A stretch of 64,000 bases of DNA from Mobula hypostoma (Eukaryota), in the NCBI RefSeq assembly GCF_963921235.1, contig NC_086097.1:223512001-223576000 (forward strand). Reading direction: 5' to 3'. This document shows, piece after piece, positions 25,150-37,404 of the stretch. The position numbers were made by a program, and so were the translations under genes. The stretch's first letter is position 1, and each line of letters starts with the position of its first letter. The notes beneath the pieces are model-generated. The model ran no database searches and had not been told where the DNA came from. It saw nothing but the letters and a program-made list of their open reading frames with translations.

Positions 25150-28100
25150 TACCTAATGACTTGGCCTCCACAGAAATCCACAGATTCTCCACTGTCTGCT
25201 AAAGAAATTCCTCATCTCTATTCTAATTGGACATCCTTCTATTCCAAGGCTGTGTCCTGTACTCCCCCACGACATAAGAAATAGGAGCACGAGTAGGCCA
25301 CCTAGCCCATTGAACCAGCTCTGCCATGCAATAACATCATGGCTGATCTGGCCATAGACTCATCCCACCTACCTGTCTTTTCCCCATAAACCTCAATTCC
25401 CCTACTAGTCAAAAATCTATCCAACCTTGTCTTAATTATATTTACTGAGGCAGCCTCCACTGCTTCATTAGGCAGAGAATTCCACAGATTCACCCTCTCT
25501 GGGAAAAGCAGTTCCTCTTCATCTCTGTCCTAAATCTATTCCCCTGAATCTTGAGGCTATGTCCCTTAGTTCTAGTCTCACCTACCAGTGGAAACAACTT
25601 TCCTGCCTCTATCTTATCTATCCCTTTCACAATTTTATATATTTCTATAAGATCTCATCTCATTCTTCTGAATTCCAGCGAGTACAGTCCCGAGCAGTTC
25701 AATCTCTCCTCACAGTCCAACTCCCTCATCTCTGGAATCAACCTGGTGAACCTCCTCTGCCAGTATATCCTTCCTAAAGTAAGGAGACCAGATCTGCACA
25801 CAGTACTCCAGGTGCAGCCTCACCAGTACCCTGTACAGTCGCAGCCTTGCTCCCTGCTCTTAAGTTCAATCTCTCTAGCAACGAAGGCCAACATTCCATT
25901 TGCTTTCTTGACAGCCTGCTGCACCTGCAAACCAACCTTTTGTGATTCATGCAAAAGCACTCCCAAGTCCTTCTGCACAGTTTCAATGAGATTGCCCATC
26001 TTTCCTCTGAATTCCAGTGAGTGCCTAGTGAGATTCTAGTTTCAGTCACAGAATCATTTTCATGAACTTCCTTTGAACCATCTCCAATGTCAGCACATCC
26101 TTCCTTAGATAAGGGGCCCAAAGCTACTCACAATATTCCAAGTATGGCCTCACCAGTGCCTTGTAAAGTCTCAGCATTATATCCTGGCTTTTTATATTCT
26201 AAGCATTCATTTCAAGAGGACTTCATTGCCTTTGTCTTTCTCACCACCAACTCAACCTGCAAATTAACCTTTAGGGAATCCTACACAAGGACTCCCATAT
26301 CCTTTTGCACCTCAGTTTTTTTTTTGTATTTTCTCTCCATTTAGAAAATAGTCAACTCTTTCATTTTTTCTACCAAAGTGCATGACCAACCTCTTCCTAA
26401 ACTCTATTCCATCTGCCACTTCTTTGCCCATTCTCCAAATCCAAGTCCTTCTACAGCCTCTCTGCTTCCTCAACACCATATGCTCCTCCACTATCTTCAT
26501 ATTGTCCACAAACTTGGCCACAAGGCCATCAATTCCCGTCATCCAAATCACTAACATATAAAAAGAAGCAGCCCCAACACAGATCCCTGTGGAACACCAC
26601 CAGTCACCGGCAGCCAACAAGAAAAAGGCTCCTTTTAGACTACAAGACAAAGGAGCAGAAGTTGGCCTTTCAGCTCATCAGTCTGCTCCACCATTTTATC
26701 ATGAGCTGATCCATTCTCCCATTTAGTCCCACTCCCCCGCTTTCTCACCATAACCTTTGATGCTCTGGCTACTCAGATACCTATCAATCTCTGCCTTAAA
26801 AACACCGAATGACTTGACCTCCACTGCCGCCTGTGGCAACGAATTCCACAGATTCACCACCCTCTAGCTAAAAAAATTTCTTCGCACCTCTGTTCTGAAT
26901 GGGCGCCCTTCAATCCTTAAGCCATGCCCTCTCATACTAGACTTCTCCACTATGGGAAACAACTTTGCCACATCCACTCTGTCCATGCCTTTCAACATTC
27001 GAAATGTTTCCAGGAGGTCCCCCCCTCATTCTTCTAAACTCCAAGAAGTACAGTCCAAGAGCAGTCAAATGTTCCTCATGTGTTAACCCTCCGACTCTTT
27101 GCCTCCTGCCAATCAGCCAATGTTCTATCCATGTTAGTATCGTTTCTGTAATCCCATGGGGTCTTAACTTATTAAGCAGCCTCATGTATGGCACCTTGTT
27201 GAAGGCCTTCTGAAAATCCAAATACACACCATCAACTGACTCTCCTTCGTCTATCCTGCTTTGTATTTCTTCAAAGAATTCCAACAGATTTGTCAGGTAA
27301 GATTTTCCCTTAAGGAGACCATGCTGACAATGGCCTTTTTTTTTTTAATTTTAAGTGCTTCTAGGTACCCCAAAACCACATCCTCAACAATTGACTCCAA
27401 CATCAGTCCAACCAGTGAGGTCAGACTAACTGGCCTATAACTTCCTTTCTTCTGCCTCTCTCCCTTCTTGAGTGGAGTGATATTTGCAATTTTCCAATCC
27501 TCCATAAGCATGCCAGAATCTATTGATTCTTGAAGGATCATTACTAATGTCTTCATACTCTTCAGCCACCTCCTTCGGAACCCTGAGGTATAGACCACCT
27601 GGCCTAGGAGATTTATCTACCTTCAGACCTTTCAGTTTTCCCAAGCACCTTCTCCCTAGTAATGGCAACTTCACTGATTCCTGCCCCGACACTCTCAAAG
27701 TTCCAGCATACTGCTAGTGTCTTCTACAGTGAAGACTGATGCAAAATACTTATTCAGTTCTTCCGCCATTTCTTTGTCCTCCATCACTCCCTCTCCAGCA
27801 TCATTTTCCAGTGGTCTGATATCTACTCTCGCCTCCCTTTTATTCTTCATACATCTGAAGAAACTTTTGGTATCCTCTTTAATATTGTTGGTTAGCTTAT
27901 CTTCAAATTCATATTCCATCTTTTCCCTCTATAACTTTTTTAGTTGCCGTTTCTTGTTTTTTGTTTAAAAAGCTTCCAAATCCCCTAATCTCCCACTAAT
28001 CTGTGTTCCATTATATGCCCCCTCTTTGGCTTTCATGTGGGCTTTCACTTCCTTTATCAGCCACAGTTGCATCATTCTGCCTTAAGAATACTTCTTCCGA

Positions 28101-28460
28101 ATTGCTCCCAGAAACTCCAGCCATTGTTGCTCTGTCATTAGCCCTGCTAGTGTCCCCTTCCAATCAACATTAGCCTGCTCCTCTCATACACCCCTGTAAT
28201 TCCCTTTATTCCACTGTAATATTGCCATATCTGACTTTAGCTTTACCCTCTCAAATTGCAGGGCAAATTCTACCATATTATGATCACTAATTATTGCACA
28301 ACATCCAATCCAGCACATCTGATCCCCTAGTGGGCTCAACCATGAGCTGCTCTAAAAAGCCACCTTGTAAGCATTCTTCAAATTCATCCTCTTGGGATCC
28401 AGCACCATCCTGATTTTTCTAATTTACCTGCATTTTGAAATTTCCCATGACATTGCTCTT
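25150..28460 (-). mobile_element. Cluster of nested, degraded CR1 LINE pieces
   Basis: RT motifs (YRPVSLTS, YLDFQKAF, FASVFTVED) and several CR1 3' tails; a younger 3' end at about 26637-27090 splits the older copy. Confidence 0.85.
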
Positions 28461-29073
28461 TTGGCATGCATTTTCTATTTCCCGTTGTAATTCCTTTGCC
28501 CACATCTTTGCTACTGAATATACTTATAAGGGAGCTTATAATTTGTGAACAGAACAAACAAAATCTTATAATATGAACACTGAGATTATATGGCAATAGA
28601 ATGCCCTTGAAAACAACAGACTGATTTAACAAGTGCAAAGCTAATGCCTTGGTACTTAACAAGGCTAGTATGTCCCATGGAATCGTGCATCTAACATGAC
28701 TTGGAGGCCGCTACAGGTCTCTCGAACATTGGTAATAATTACACTATGACACTAAGCTGCAAAATTAAAATTATGCTAAGACTAATTGAAAGTTATTTCA
28801 TAACTTATTTTAGATGCAGATTACCTTATACACTTTAAAATATTTTGGGGCTGGCTGAACTTTGATACCCAAATTCGATCTGCTAAATCTTGGATAATAT
28901 GCAAACTAATGCAATTTCCTTAATTCGCTTGTCAAAGTAATCGCAGCATCATTTTTCAAAGTAAACTGCATTTCATTGCTTTCACTGATCATTTTGTATC
29001 AAGTGGCCAGTTGAAAGCTTCACAAACTCCAAATTCAAAAGAGCTTGTAGATTTAATACAAAAAAATTCTCAC

Positions 29074-29275
29074 CTGGTGAGTTATTAATAGAAGCAGTAG
29101 AATCCACAAGACCAGCTGCAGGACTGACACAGCTGGAAGTCGAGGCTGGGACTGACCCATTCACAGAAGACTGCAGCACCAAAGGAACAGAACTAGCCAC
29201 AGATGGTGATTGCATTGTGACACCTAACGTAGATCCGGATAGGTTTACTGCAGTCTGAACTTTAACTTGCGCCAT
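29074..29275 (-). CDS. STAU2: Probable first coding exon of Staufen: Ser/Pro-rich N-terminal extension (MAQVKVQTAVNLSGS...STASINNSP); exon spans 29074-29284
   Basis: Acceptor TTTCTTTCAG, ATG in strong context AGAATGG preceded by an in-frame stop, donor CAG/GTGAGA; phase 1 end joins the 12600 exon in frame; MAQVKVQ resembles the MSQVQVQ start of STAU1. Confidence 0.8.
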
Positions 29276-30524
29276 TCTCTATCACTGAAAGAAATAAATG
29301 TTCATGAGCCAAAAAGGTTACAAGACGGTAAAAAGAACAAAAATGAATTTTAGTTATCCACAGCAGGCAGGAAGGTATATACAAAGCAGAATGATATTAA
29401 AATGGAAATAATTTGCAGTAAATTATGGCCCCCATATCTTACATATTCACATATATAACTAATATATACCCAGGATCCAGAGCATGAAGAGAACTACTGA
29501 TTCCAATAACTCCTTACATGACAAAAAAAAATGCAAGTTTTGTGTTGGGATCACAGCAACAAATTATGCTTGACCTGATTTTTATGTGAATCATAAATAA
29601 CAGGTTTTCCCTAAAATGTTGACGCAAGTATTTTCAAAATTTTCTAAAGAAATGAGTTGAATGAATTACAAAGATATTGAAGAGTCAAAAATAAGAATCA
29701 AAAGTAATGGAGGGCACTTCTATAACAAAAAGCTTGCAAAGATGATAGGAGAGAAAACCTCAGCAAATGTATCCAGATAAAGTGAGATGGAACAAAGGCC
29801 ACTACATCAACCCTGTATTTCTTTAAAAGTTGTTGCATTTCAGTAGTAAGGCCTGCCTTAAGCTGCAAGAAAATAAATAAAGTTGCAAATCATTTTCATC
29901 ATTGTGTAATGCTATATAACTTGAGGATTTCTGTGCTGCATTCAAAAATCAACTTTAATAGGAACCACACACAAATTATTAACCATCATATAAATGTTTT
30001 GGTCACTTGTCAGAGAAAGCAACTACGACGTTCAGTTCAGCTGTTTCAAAAAACATTTTTTCAGTATTTCAATTCATCCCTGATTTTGCTTCCAATTCCT
30101 CATTCAGAAATATGTATTGTACATTGTATTGTTCCCAGTAAGCAATTATCAGTCCTTACAGTATTGAGCACACCCATCTAAATGAAGTACAATAAGCATC
30201 CTGTCTGGGCGTAAATCCATGTTTATAATTAAAAACGGATCATGATCTTCCACTTATTATTTTAATAAATAAATAAAAAGTTACATCCTGCTAGCTTCAA
30301 ATTTGAGCACAAAATTCAAACAGCTACAATTCAAAACATGCAACTGACTGCCCCTCAGATTAAGGCATTGAAAGTAAACAGAAGCTTCAAACAACTTCTT
30401 CATATCCAAAGATATTTCAGAAACTGGTTTTGACTTTTTATGATTCCTAAACAAATAAGAACTCTTAGAGAGTAAAACCAGTCCTGACATTTAGTTACTG
30501 GGATGTGAATATGGTCCAATAAGA

Positions 30525-32582
30525 CCATAAAATATAGGAGCAGAAGTGGGCCATTCGGCCCATCAAGTCTGCTCCGCCATTCAATCATGGGCTGGTCCAA
30601 TTCTTCCAGTCATCCCACACCCCTGCCTTCTCCCCATACCCTTTGATGCCCTGGCTAATTAAGAATCTATCTACCCTGCCTTAAATACACCCATTGACTT
30701 GGCCTCCACAGCCACTCATGGCAACAAATTCCACAGATTTACCACTCTCTGACTAAAGTAATTTTTCTGCATCTCAGTTTTAAAAGGATGTCCATCAATC
30801 CTGAAGTCATGCCCTCTTGTCCTAGAATCTCCTACCATGGGAAATAACTTTGCCATATCTAATCTGTTCAGGCCTTCTAACATTCAGAATGTTTCTATGA
30901 GATCCCCCCTCATTCTCCTGAACTTCAAGGAATACAGCCCAAGAGCTGTCAGATGTTCCTCATACAGTAACCCTTTCATTCTAAGAATCATTCTCGTGAA
31001 TCTTCTCTGAACCCTCTCCAATGTCAGTATATCCTTTTTAAAATAAGGAGCCCAAAACTGCACACAATACTCCCAAGTGTGGTCTCACGAGAGCCTTATA
31101 GAGCCTCAACATCACATCCCTGCTCTTGTCTTCTGTACCTCTAGAAATGAATGTCAATATTGCATTTGCCTTCTTCACAACCGACTCAACCTGGAGTTTA
31201 ACGTTTAGGGTATCTTGCACAAGGACTCCCAAGTCCCTTTGCATCTCTGCATTTTTAATTTGTTTCCCATCTAAATAACAGACTGCCCATTTATTTCTTC
31301 CACCAAAGTGTATGAGAATACACTTTCCAACATCATATTTCATTTGCCACTTCTTTGCCCATTCCCCTCAACTAGCTAAGTCTTTCTGCAGGCTCTTTGT
31401 TTCCTCAACACTACCCGCTCCTCCACCTATCTTTGTATCATCAGCAAATTTAGCCAGAAATCCATTACTACCATAATCCAAATCATTGAGATACATTGTA
31501 AAAAGCAGTGGTCCCTGTGGAACTCCACTGGTAACTGGCAGCCAGCCAGAATAGGATCCCTTTATTCCCACTCTCTGTTTTCTGCTGATCAGCCAATGCT
31601 CCACCCACACTAGTAACTTCCCTGTAACTCCATGGGCTCTTATCTTGCTAAGTAGCCTCATGTGTGGCACCTTGTCAAGGCCTTCTGAAAATCCAAGTAC
31701 ACCATGTCTACTGCATCTCCTTTGTCAACTCTGCTTGCAATTTCCTCAAAGAATTGCAGTAGGTTTGTCAGGCAGGATTTTCCTTTCAGGAAACCATGCT
31801 GGCTTTGGCCTATCTTGTTATGTGCCACCAGGTACTCTGTAATCTCATCCCTAACAATTGATTCCAACAACTTCCCAACCACTGATGTCAGGCTAACAGG
31901 TCTATAGTTTCCTTTCTGCTGCTCCCACCCTTCTTAAATAGCGGAGTAACATTTGCAATTTTCCAGTCATCCAGTACAATGCCAGAATCTATCGATCCTT
32001 GAAAGATCATTGTTCATGCTTCTGCAATCTCTCCAGTTACTTCCTTCAGAACCAGGGGGTGCATTCCATCAGGTCCAGGATATTTATTCACCCTCAAACC
32101 ATTAAGCTTCCTGAGCACCTTCTCAGCCGTAATTTTCACTGCACAAACTTCATTTCCGACACTCTTGGATATCCAATAGTCTGCAGACGTCTTCCACTAC
32201 TTTTTGTAGGATTTCACATTTAACGGTATTGGTGAAGACTGATGCAAAATATGCATTCAGTTCCTCTGCCATCTCTGTATCTCTCATTACAATATCTTCA
32301 GCGTCATTTTCTATTGGTTCTATATCTACCCTCAACTCTCTTTTAGTTTTTCGTATCTTCTTTGAGATTAGTCACCAGCTTCCTCTCATAATTCATCCTC
32401 TCCTTCTGAATGACCTTCTTAGTTCCCTTCTGGAAGTTTAAAAACTCCCCAATCTTCTATCTTCCCACCAGCTCTGACTACCTTGTATGCCCTCTCTTTT
32501 GCTTTTACTTTGGCCCTGACTTCACTTGTCAGCCACGGTAGTGACCTTCTTCCCTTCAAAAATTTCTTCCTATTTGGAATAT
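30525..32582 (-). mobile_element. 5'-truncated CR1 LINE
   Basis: SQHGFLKGKSCLTNL, YLDFQKA, SGVPQG, FADDTK, YKALVRPHL in broken ORFs; CR1 tail at the left edge. Confidence 0.9.
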
Positions 32583-32649
32583 ATCAATAACGAGTAACTA
32601 AATAAATTATATCTGTATTCTTTGAAATTGAGAAAAAGGAAGGTGATAT

Positions 32650-33902
32650 CAAAGTTCAAAGTAAAATTTATTATCAGAGTACATACACGTCACCACATAC
32701 AACCCTGAGATTCATTTTCCTGCAGGCATACTTAGCTAATCTATAGAACAGTAACTGTGAACAGGATCAATGAACAGCAGACTGCACAAATGCAAACACA
32801 AATAAATAGCAATAAATAATGAGCATGAATTAACAAGATAAAGAGTCCTTAAAGTGAGAAAAACAGCTGTGGTAACACCAGAAATAGAATGAGTGTAGTT
32901 ATTGCCTTTTGTTAAAGGGTAATAACTGTTCTTGAACCTGGTGGTGCGAGTCCTGAGGCACTTGTTCCTTCTACCTGATGGCAGCAGTGAAAAAAGAGCA
33001 CAGCCTGGGTGGTGAGGATCTTTGATGAGTGATCCTGCTTTTCTATGGCAAAGTTTCATGGTTAGGAGGGTTTTACCTGTGACATACTGGGCACGTGGCC
33101 AAGTGGTTAAGGCATTGGACTAGCAACCTGAAGGTCGTGAGTTCCAGCCCCAGCCGGGGCAACGTGTTGTGTCCTTGAGCAAGGCACTTAATCACACATT
33201 GCCCTGCGACGACACTGGTGCCAAGCTGTATGGGTCCTAATGCCCTTCCCTTGGACAACATTGGTGTCGTGGAGAGGGGAGACTTGCAGCATGGGCAACT
33301 GCTGGTCTTCCACACAACCTTGCCCAGGCCTGCACCCTGGAGAGTGAAGACTTTCGAGGCGTAGATCCATGGTCTCACAAGACTAACAGATGCCTTATAA
33401 ACTGGGCTGAATCCACTACTTTTTGTAGGATTTTTCATTTAACGGTATTGGTGTTCCCATACCAGGCCGTAATGCAGCCAGTCGGCACACTCTCCACCAC
33501 ACATCTATAGAAGTTTGCCAAGGTTTTTGATGACATGTCGAATCGCCGCAGACTCCTGAGGAAGTAGAGGGGCCATCATGCTTTCTTTGAATTACATTTA
33601 TATGATGTGTCCAGGACAGGTCCTCTGAGATAGTGACCCCCCGAAATTTAAAGTTGCTTACCCTTTCTACCTCTGATCCTCCGATGAGGACTGCCTCATT
33701 GACCTCTGGTTGCCTCTCCTGAAATCCACCATCAGTTCCTTGGTCTTGCTGACATTGAGTAAGAGGTTATTATTATGACACCACTCAGCCAAATTTTCAA
33801 TCTCCCTGCTGTATGCTGTTTATCACCACCTTTGATATGGCCCACAACAGTGGTGTCATTGGCAAACTTGTCTATGGTGTTGGAGTTGTGCTTAGCCACA
33901 CA
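32650..33902 (-). mobile_element. Rex1/Babar-like LINE 3' portion, interrupted by a SINE
   Basis: KFANDTTVVGHI and DPHHPGCALFSLLPSGRR...TTRFKNSYYP; AATAAA plus (TTTGAAC)n tail. Confidence 0.75.
33090..33400 (+). mobile_element. tRNA-derived SINE with TSD
   Basis: A box TGGCCAAGTGG, B box GTTCCAGCC, conserved body GTGTCCTTGAGCAAGGCACTTAA; TSD ACTGGG at 33086-33091 and 33401-33406. Confidence 0.8.
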
Positions 33903-34597
33903 GCAACAAATCCAAGCACAGAAAATTCTTAGGGACCACAGTAAAAGAGAGGCAGAAGATCGAACAGCATGAAAGCACATACCACCAGGGTCAAGGACAG
34001 CTTCTATCTTATTATAATAAGGACTCTTGACCTCACAATCTACCTTGTCATGGTCTTACATTTGTCTGCCTGCACTGCATTCTCTGCAACCACAAAGGGA
34101 TATTCAGCGATCAGTTATTGCTTTCTCCTTGTGTCGATATGATGAAATGATGTGTATAGATGGCGTGCAAAACAAAGTTTTTCCACTGTACTGTGATACA
34201 TGTGACAATAATATGCCAATCTTGAACAAGGAGACAAGCTTACAAAATTAGGGGTGGCCATTTAAAATCCAGACAAATAAGAATTTCTTCTCACAGAGCA
34301 AATTAAACTCTGGAATTCTCTACAAAGTCTCGACTATTGGGTCTATTTAAAAAGAAGAAATAGACACATTTTTGAACAATCAAAGAACTGGAGGCTCTAG
34401 GTGTAAACGTAACTTTGCTGGATCAAGTAACGACAGCACAAAAAGATCGTTACTTATCTTCCCACCCGGTTATTTCTTCGAGCTCAGCGGGCAAGCGAAC
34501 TTGGACCCAACATCAGGGAGAGACCCTTTCTCATCTCCCCGGCGGTTCTACAAGTTCACTGCCCAACATCAGAATTGTCAGAAGTTATAAGGCCACC

Positions 34598-34730
34598 AAT
34601 ACAAAAGAACAATCAGTTTGATATCCATTCCGGTTAAGTCAAAGGATTATTGATACAGAGAACAATCAGTTTGATAACTATTCAGGTCAAGTCAATGGAC
34701 TACTGATACAAAAGTACAGTCAATTTGTCA
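34598..34730 (+). repeat. Imperfect tandem repeat, about 53-bp unit, about 2.5 copies
   Basis: ATACA(A)AGAACAATCAGTTTGATA...GTYAAGTCAAWGGAYTAYTG repeated. Confidence 0.65.
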
Positions 34731-35531
34731 GACACTCCAGCCACCTTAAATAAAGAAGGAATGTCCTAGCTGGTTTGTTGGAGCCACAACTTAATTACAA
34801 AGATAAGAACATCTGTCAAATTTGTGCTTTAATTAAGAAAGGAATGTTCTGTCTAATTTCCATCAGGTACTGCTTTTTGTCAAAATCAAAAGGTGTGAAA
34901 AGCCCAGAGATATAAATGTGGATCTGGGCGAACTTTAATCATCTTGCTCCAAAGGCGGCAGCTGTGAGATATTATTCAAACACACTGCAGTCACAGACAT
35001 AGTCAGTACTGAATTCATTGTTTACAGGGATCTGAGAATCCCCCATTCCCTTAAACTTTATCATAGGGAGATAGCAGTGACAAGACAAGACCTAGGAAGA
35101 TCAGTCATTACTTTGAATGGTGGAGCAGGGTAAGAGGCTGACTGGCCAACCCTTTCACCCATCTCTCACGTTCTTACCACATGCCACCATGAATTTCAAA
35201 TATTTACCTGTAAGAACCAACAAAAACATTTATCTTTCTACATTAGTAGTTCTATATTTAATTGTATATTGCATCGTAATTAGAGAACAACAGCAACAGA
35301 TGTGAAAAATTAGCATGCAGTAATTCTAGTCCAACAATTCGAGCGTATTTTGCACATGCCATAATTCCAGTAACAATAACATCTTGTGCCAGCTAAAAAA
35401 CTTCAAGACTATAATTTCAGAGGCTTGTTGGCAAACGATAGAAAGTCTGTATAACTGAAGGTGGATAAAAAATAGGAAAAAGTAACCTCAGTAAAAACCT
35501 ATGCCTTAGCAGAGATTACAAACATGACATA

Positions 35532-36729
35532 CAGTGGTATGCAAAAGTTTGGGCACCCCGGTCAAAATTTCTATTACTGTGAATAGAAAAGTGTTTTCAG
35601 GTAGCCGTTTCCTCAGTTCGTAATGTAATTAAGAAATGACAGTCAACAGGAACGGTGGAGGTCAAGTTGAGGTCTGGAAGATCAAGAAAACTTTCCCAGA
35701 GAACTGCTCGTAGGATTGCTAAAAAGGCAAATCAAAACCCCTGTTTGACTGCAAAAGACCTTCAGGAAGATTTAGCAGACTCTGGAGTGGTGGTGCACTG
35801 TTCTACTGTGCAGCGACACCTCCACAAATATGACCTTCATGGAAGAGTCATCAGAAGAAAACCTTTCCTGCATCCTCGCCACAAAATTCTGCGTCAGAAG
35901 TTTGCAAAGGAACATCTAAACAAGCCTGATGCATTTTGGAAACAAGTCCTGTGGACTGATGAAGTTAAAATAGAACATTTTGGCCGCAATGAGCAAAGGT
36001 ATGTTTGGAGAAAAAAGGGTGTAGAATTTCATGAAAAGAACACCTCTCCAAATGTTAATCACGGGGGTGGATCAATCATGCTTTGGGCTTGTGTTGTAGC
36101 CAGTGGCACAGGGAACATTTCACTGGTAGAGGGAAGAATGAATTCAATTAAATACCAGCAAATTCTGGAAGCAAACATCACACCGTCTGTAAAAAAGCTG
36201 AAGATGAAAAGAGGATGGCTTCTACAACACGATAATGATCCTAAACACACCTCAAAATCCACAATGGACTACCTCAAGAGGTTTTGTCATGGCCCTCACA
36301 GTCACCTGACCTAAACATCATTGAAAATCTGTGGATAGACCTTAAAAGAGCAGTGCATGCATGAGGGCCCAAGAATCTCACAGAACTACAAGCCTTTTAC
36401 AAGGAAGAATGGGCAAAAATCCCCCAAACAATTGAAAGACTCTTAGCTGGCTACAGAAAGCGTTTACAAGCTGTGATACTTGCCAAGGGGGGGCGTTACT
36501 AAGTACTGATCATGAAGGGTGCCCAAACTTTTACTTCGCGCCCTTTTCCTTTTTTTGTTATTTTGAAACTGTAAAAGATGGAAATAAAAAAGTAATCTTG
36601 CTTAAAATATTAAAGAAATGTGACATCTTTAACTTTATGCCTTTTGGAAATCAGATCATCTTTTACTCGCTTAGCTATTCACAGTAACAGAAATTTTGAC
36701 CGGGGTGCCCAAACTTTTGCATACCACTG
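35532..36729 (+). mobile_element. Tc1-family DNA transposon, internally deleted, same family as 15756-17343
   Basis: TIR CAGTGGTATGCAAAAGTTTGGGCACCCCGGTCAAAATTTC at both ends; TA TSD; ORF 35655-36314 with WTDEVK and HDNDPKH; left IR and start of transposase deleted near 35587. Confidence 0.95.
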
Positions 36730-37404
36730 TAACTTTTAATGCGAACAATTTTTAAAACCAGTAATCTTACACTTTAAAAGTCCCACCCTAACACTATGTT
36801 TGCTTTAATAAGATGACCTACTAAATGTCCTTTCATCAAAACATAAAAGCACATGTTTATTTTTAGATCAAATGCAATATCCCACCATGTGAAATCAGTC
36901 CAAGGTAATAAACAAATTAAATAAATATAGCAGTAGGACCAAAACTGCAAATGGATTTCAGAGCTTTAAGACATTAAAAATAGCACTGAAGGTGGATAAG
37001 GAATAAAGGATTTAATTCTATCAGTATTCCATACATCACTTATGTAACAGCAGTCTCTCATATTCTGCATGCAAGATACTGAATGTGCAGAAAATCATGT
37101 GATTACTATTGAAACTTAAGTGTCAAAAATAGTGTCACAGCAAATGAAAAGCAGACAGAGATGCACCACAACGCTCCAGCAGAGAGATTCAAAAGATTGG
37201 ATCTGTTTTCAAAGCAAAATGCTTTAGGATAATATTATACAGTCAAAATCACTGGAAAAAGTCCCTTGCATGTTCTTTTTACTTGCAATCAATTTTATAC
37301 ATTTTTTTATTCTGTCCCAATTTCATAACCTCTCCAAAATCTGTTGGATATCTATGTATACCGTGTTCAATTCCATCATAAAAACTGGAAATGTTTGTCC
37401 ATGT

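Noticed and set aside
2363..29275. Assignment as STAU1
   Set aside because: The N-terminus is STAU1-like, but dsRBD1 and linker residues (NRIQPQYKLLNERG, QTWE, EGSS, NNNPG) favour STAU2; not fully excluded without the downstream exons
33090..33165. tRNA gene
   Set aside because: The tRNA-like head runs into a SINE body, is flanked by a TSD and lacks a clean acceptor stem and poly-T terminator
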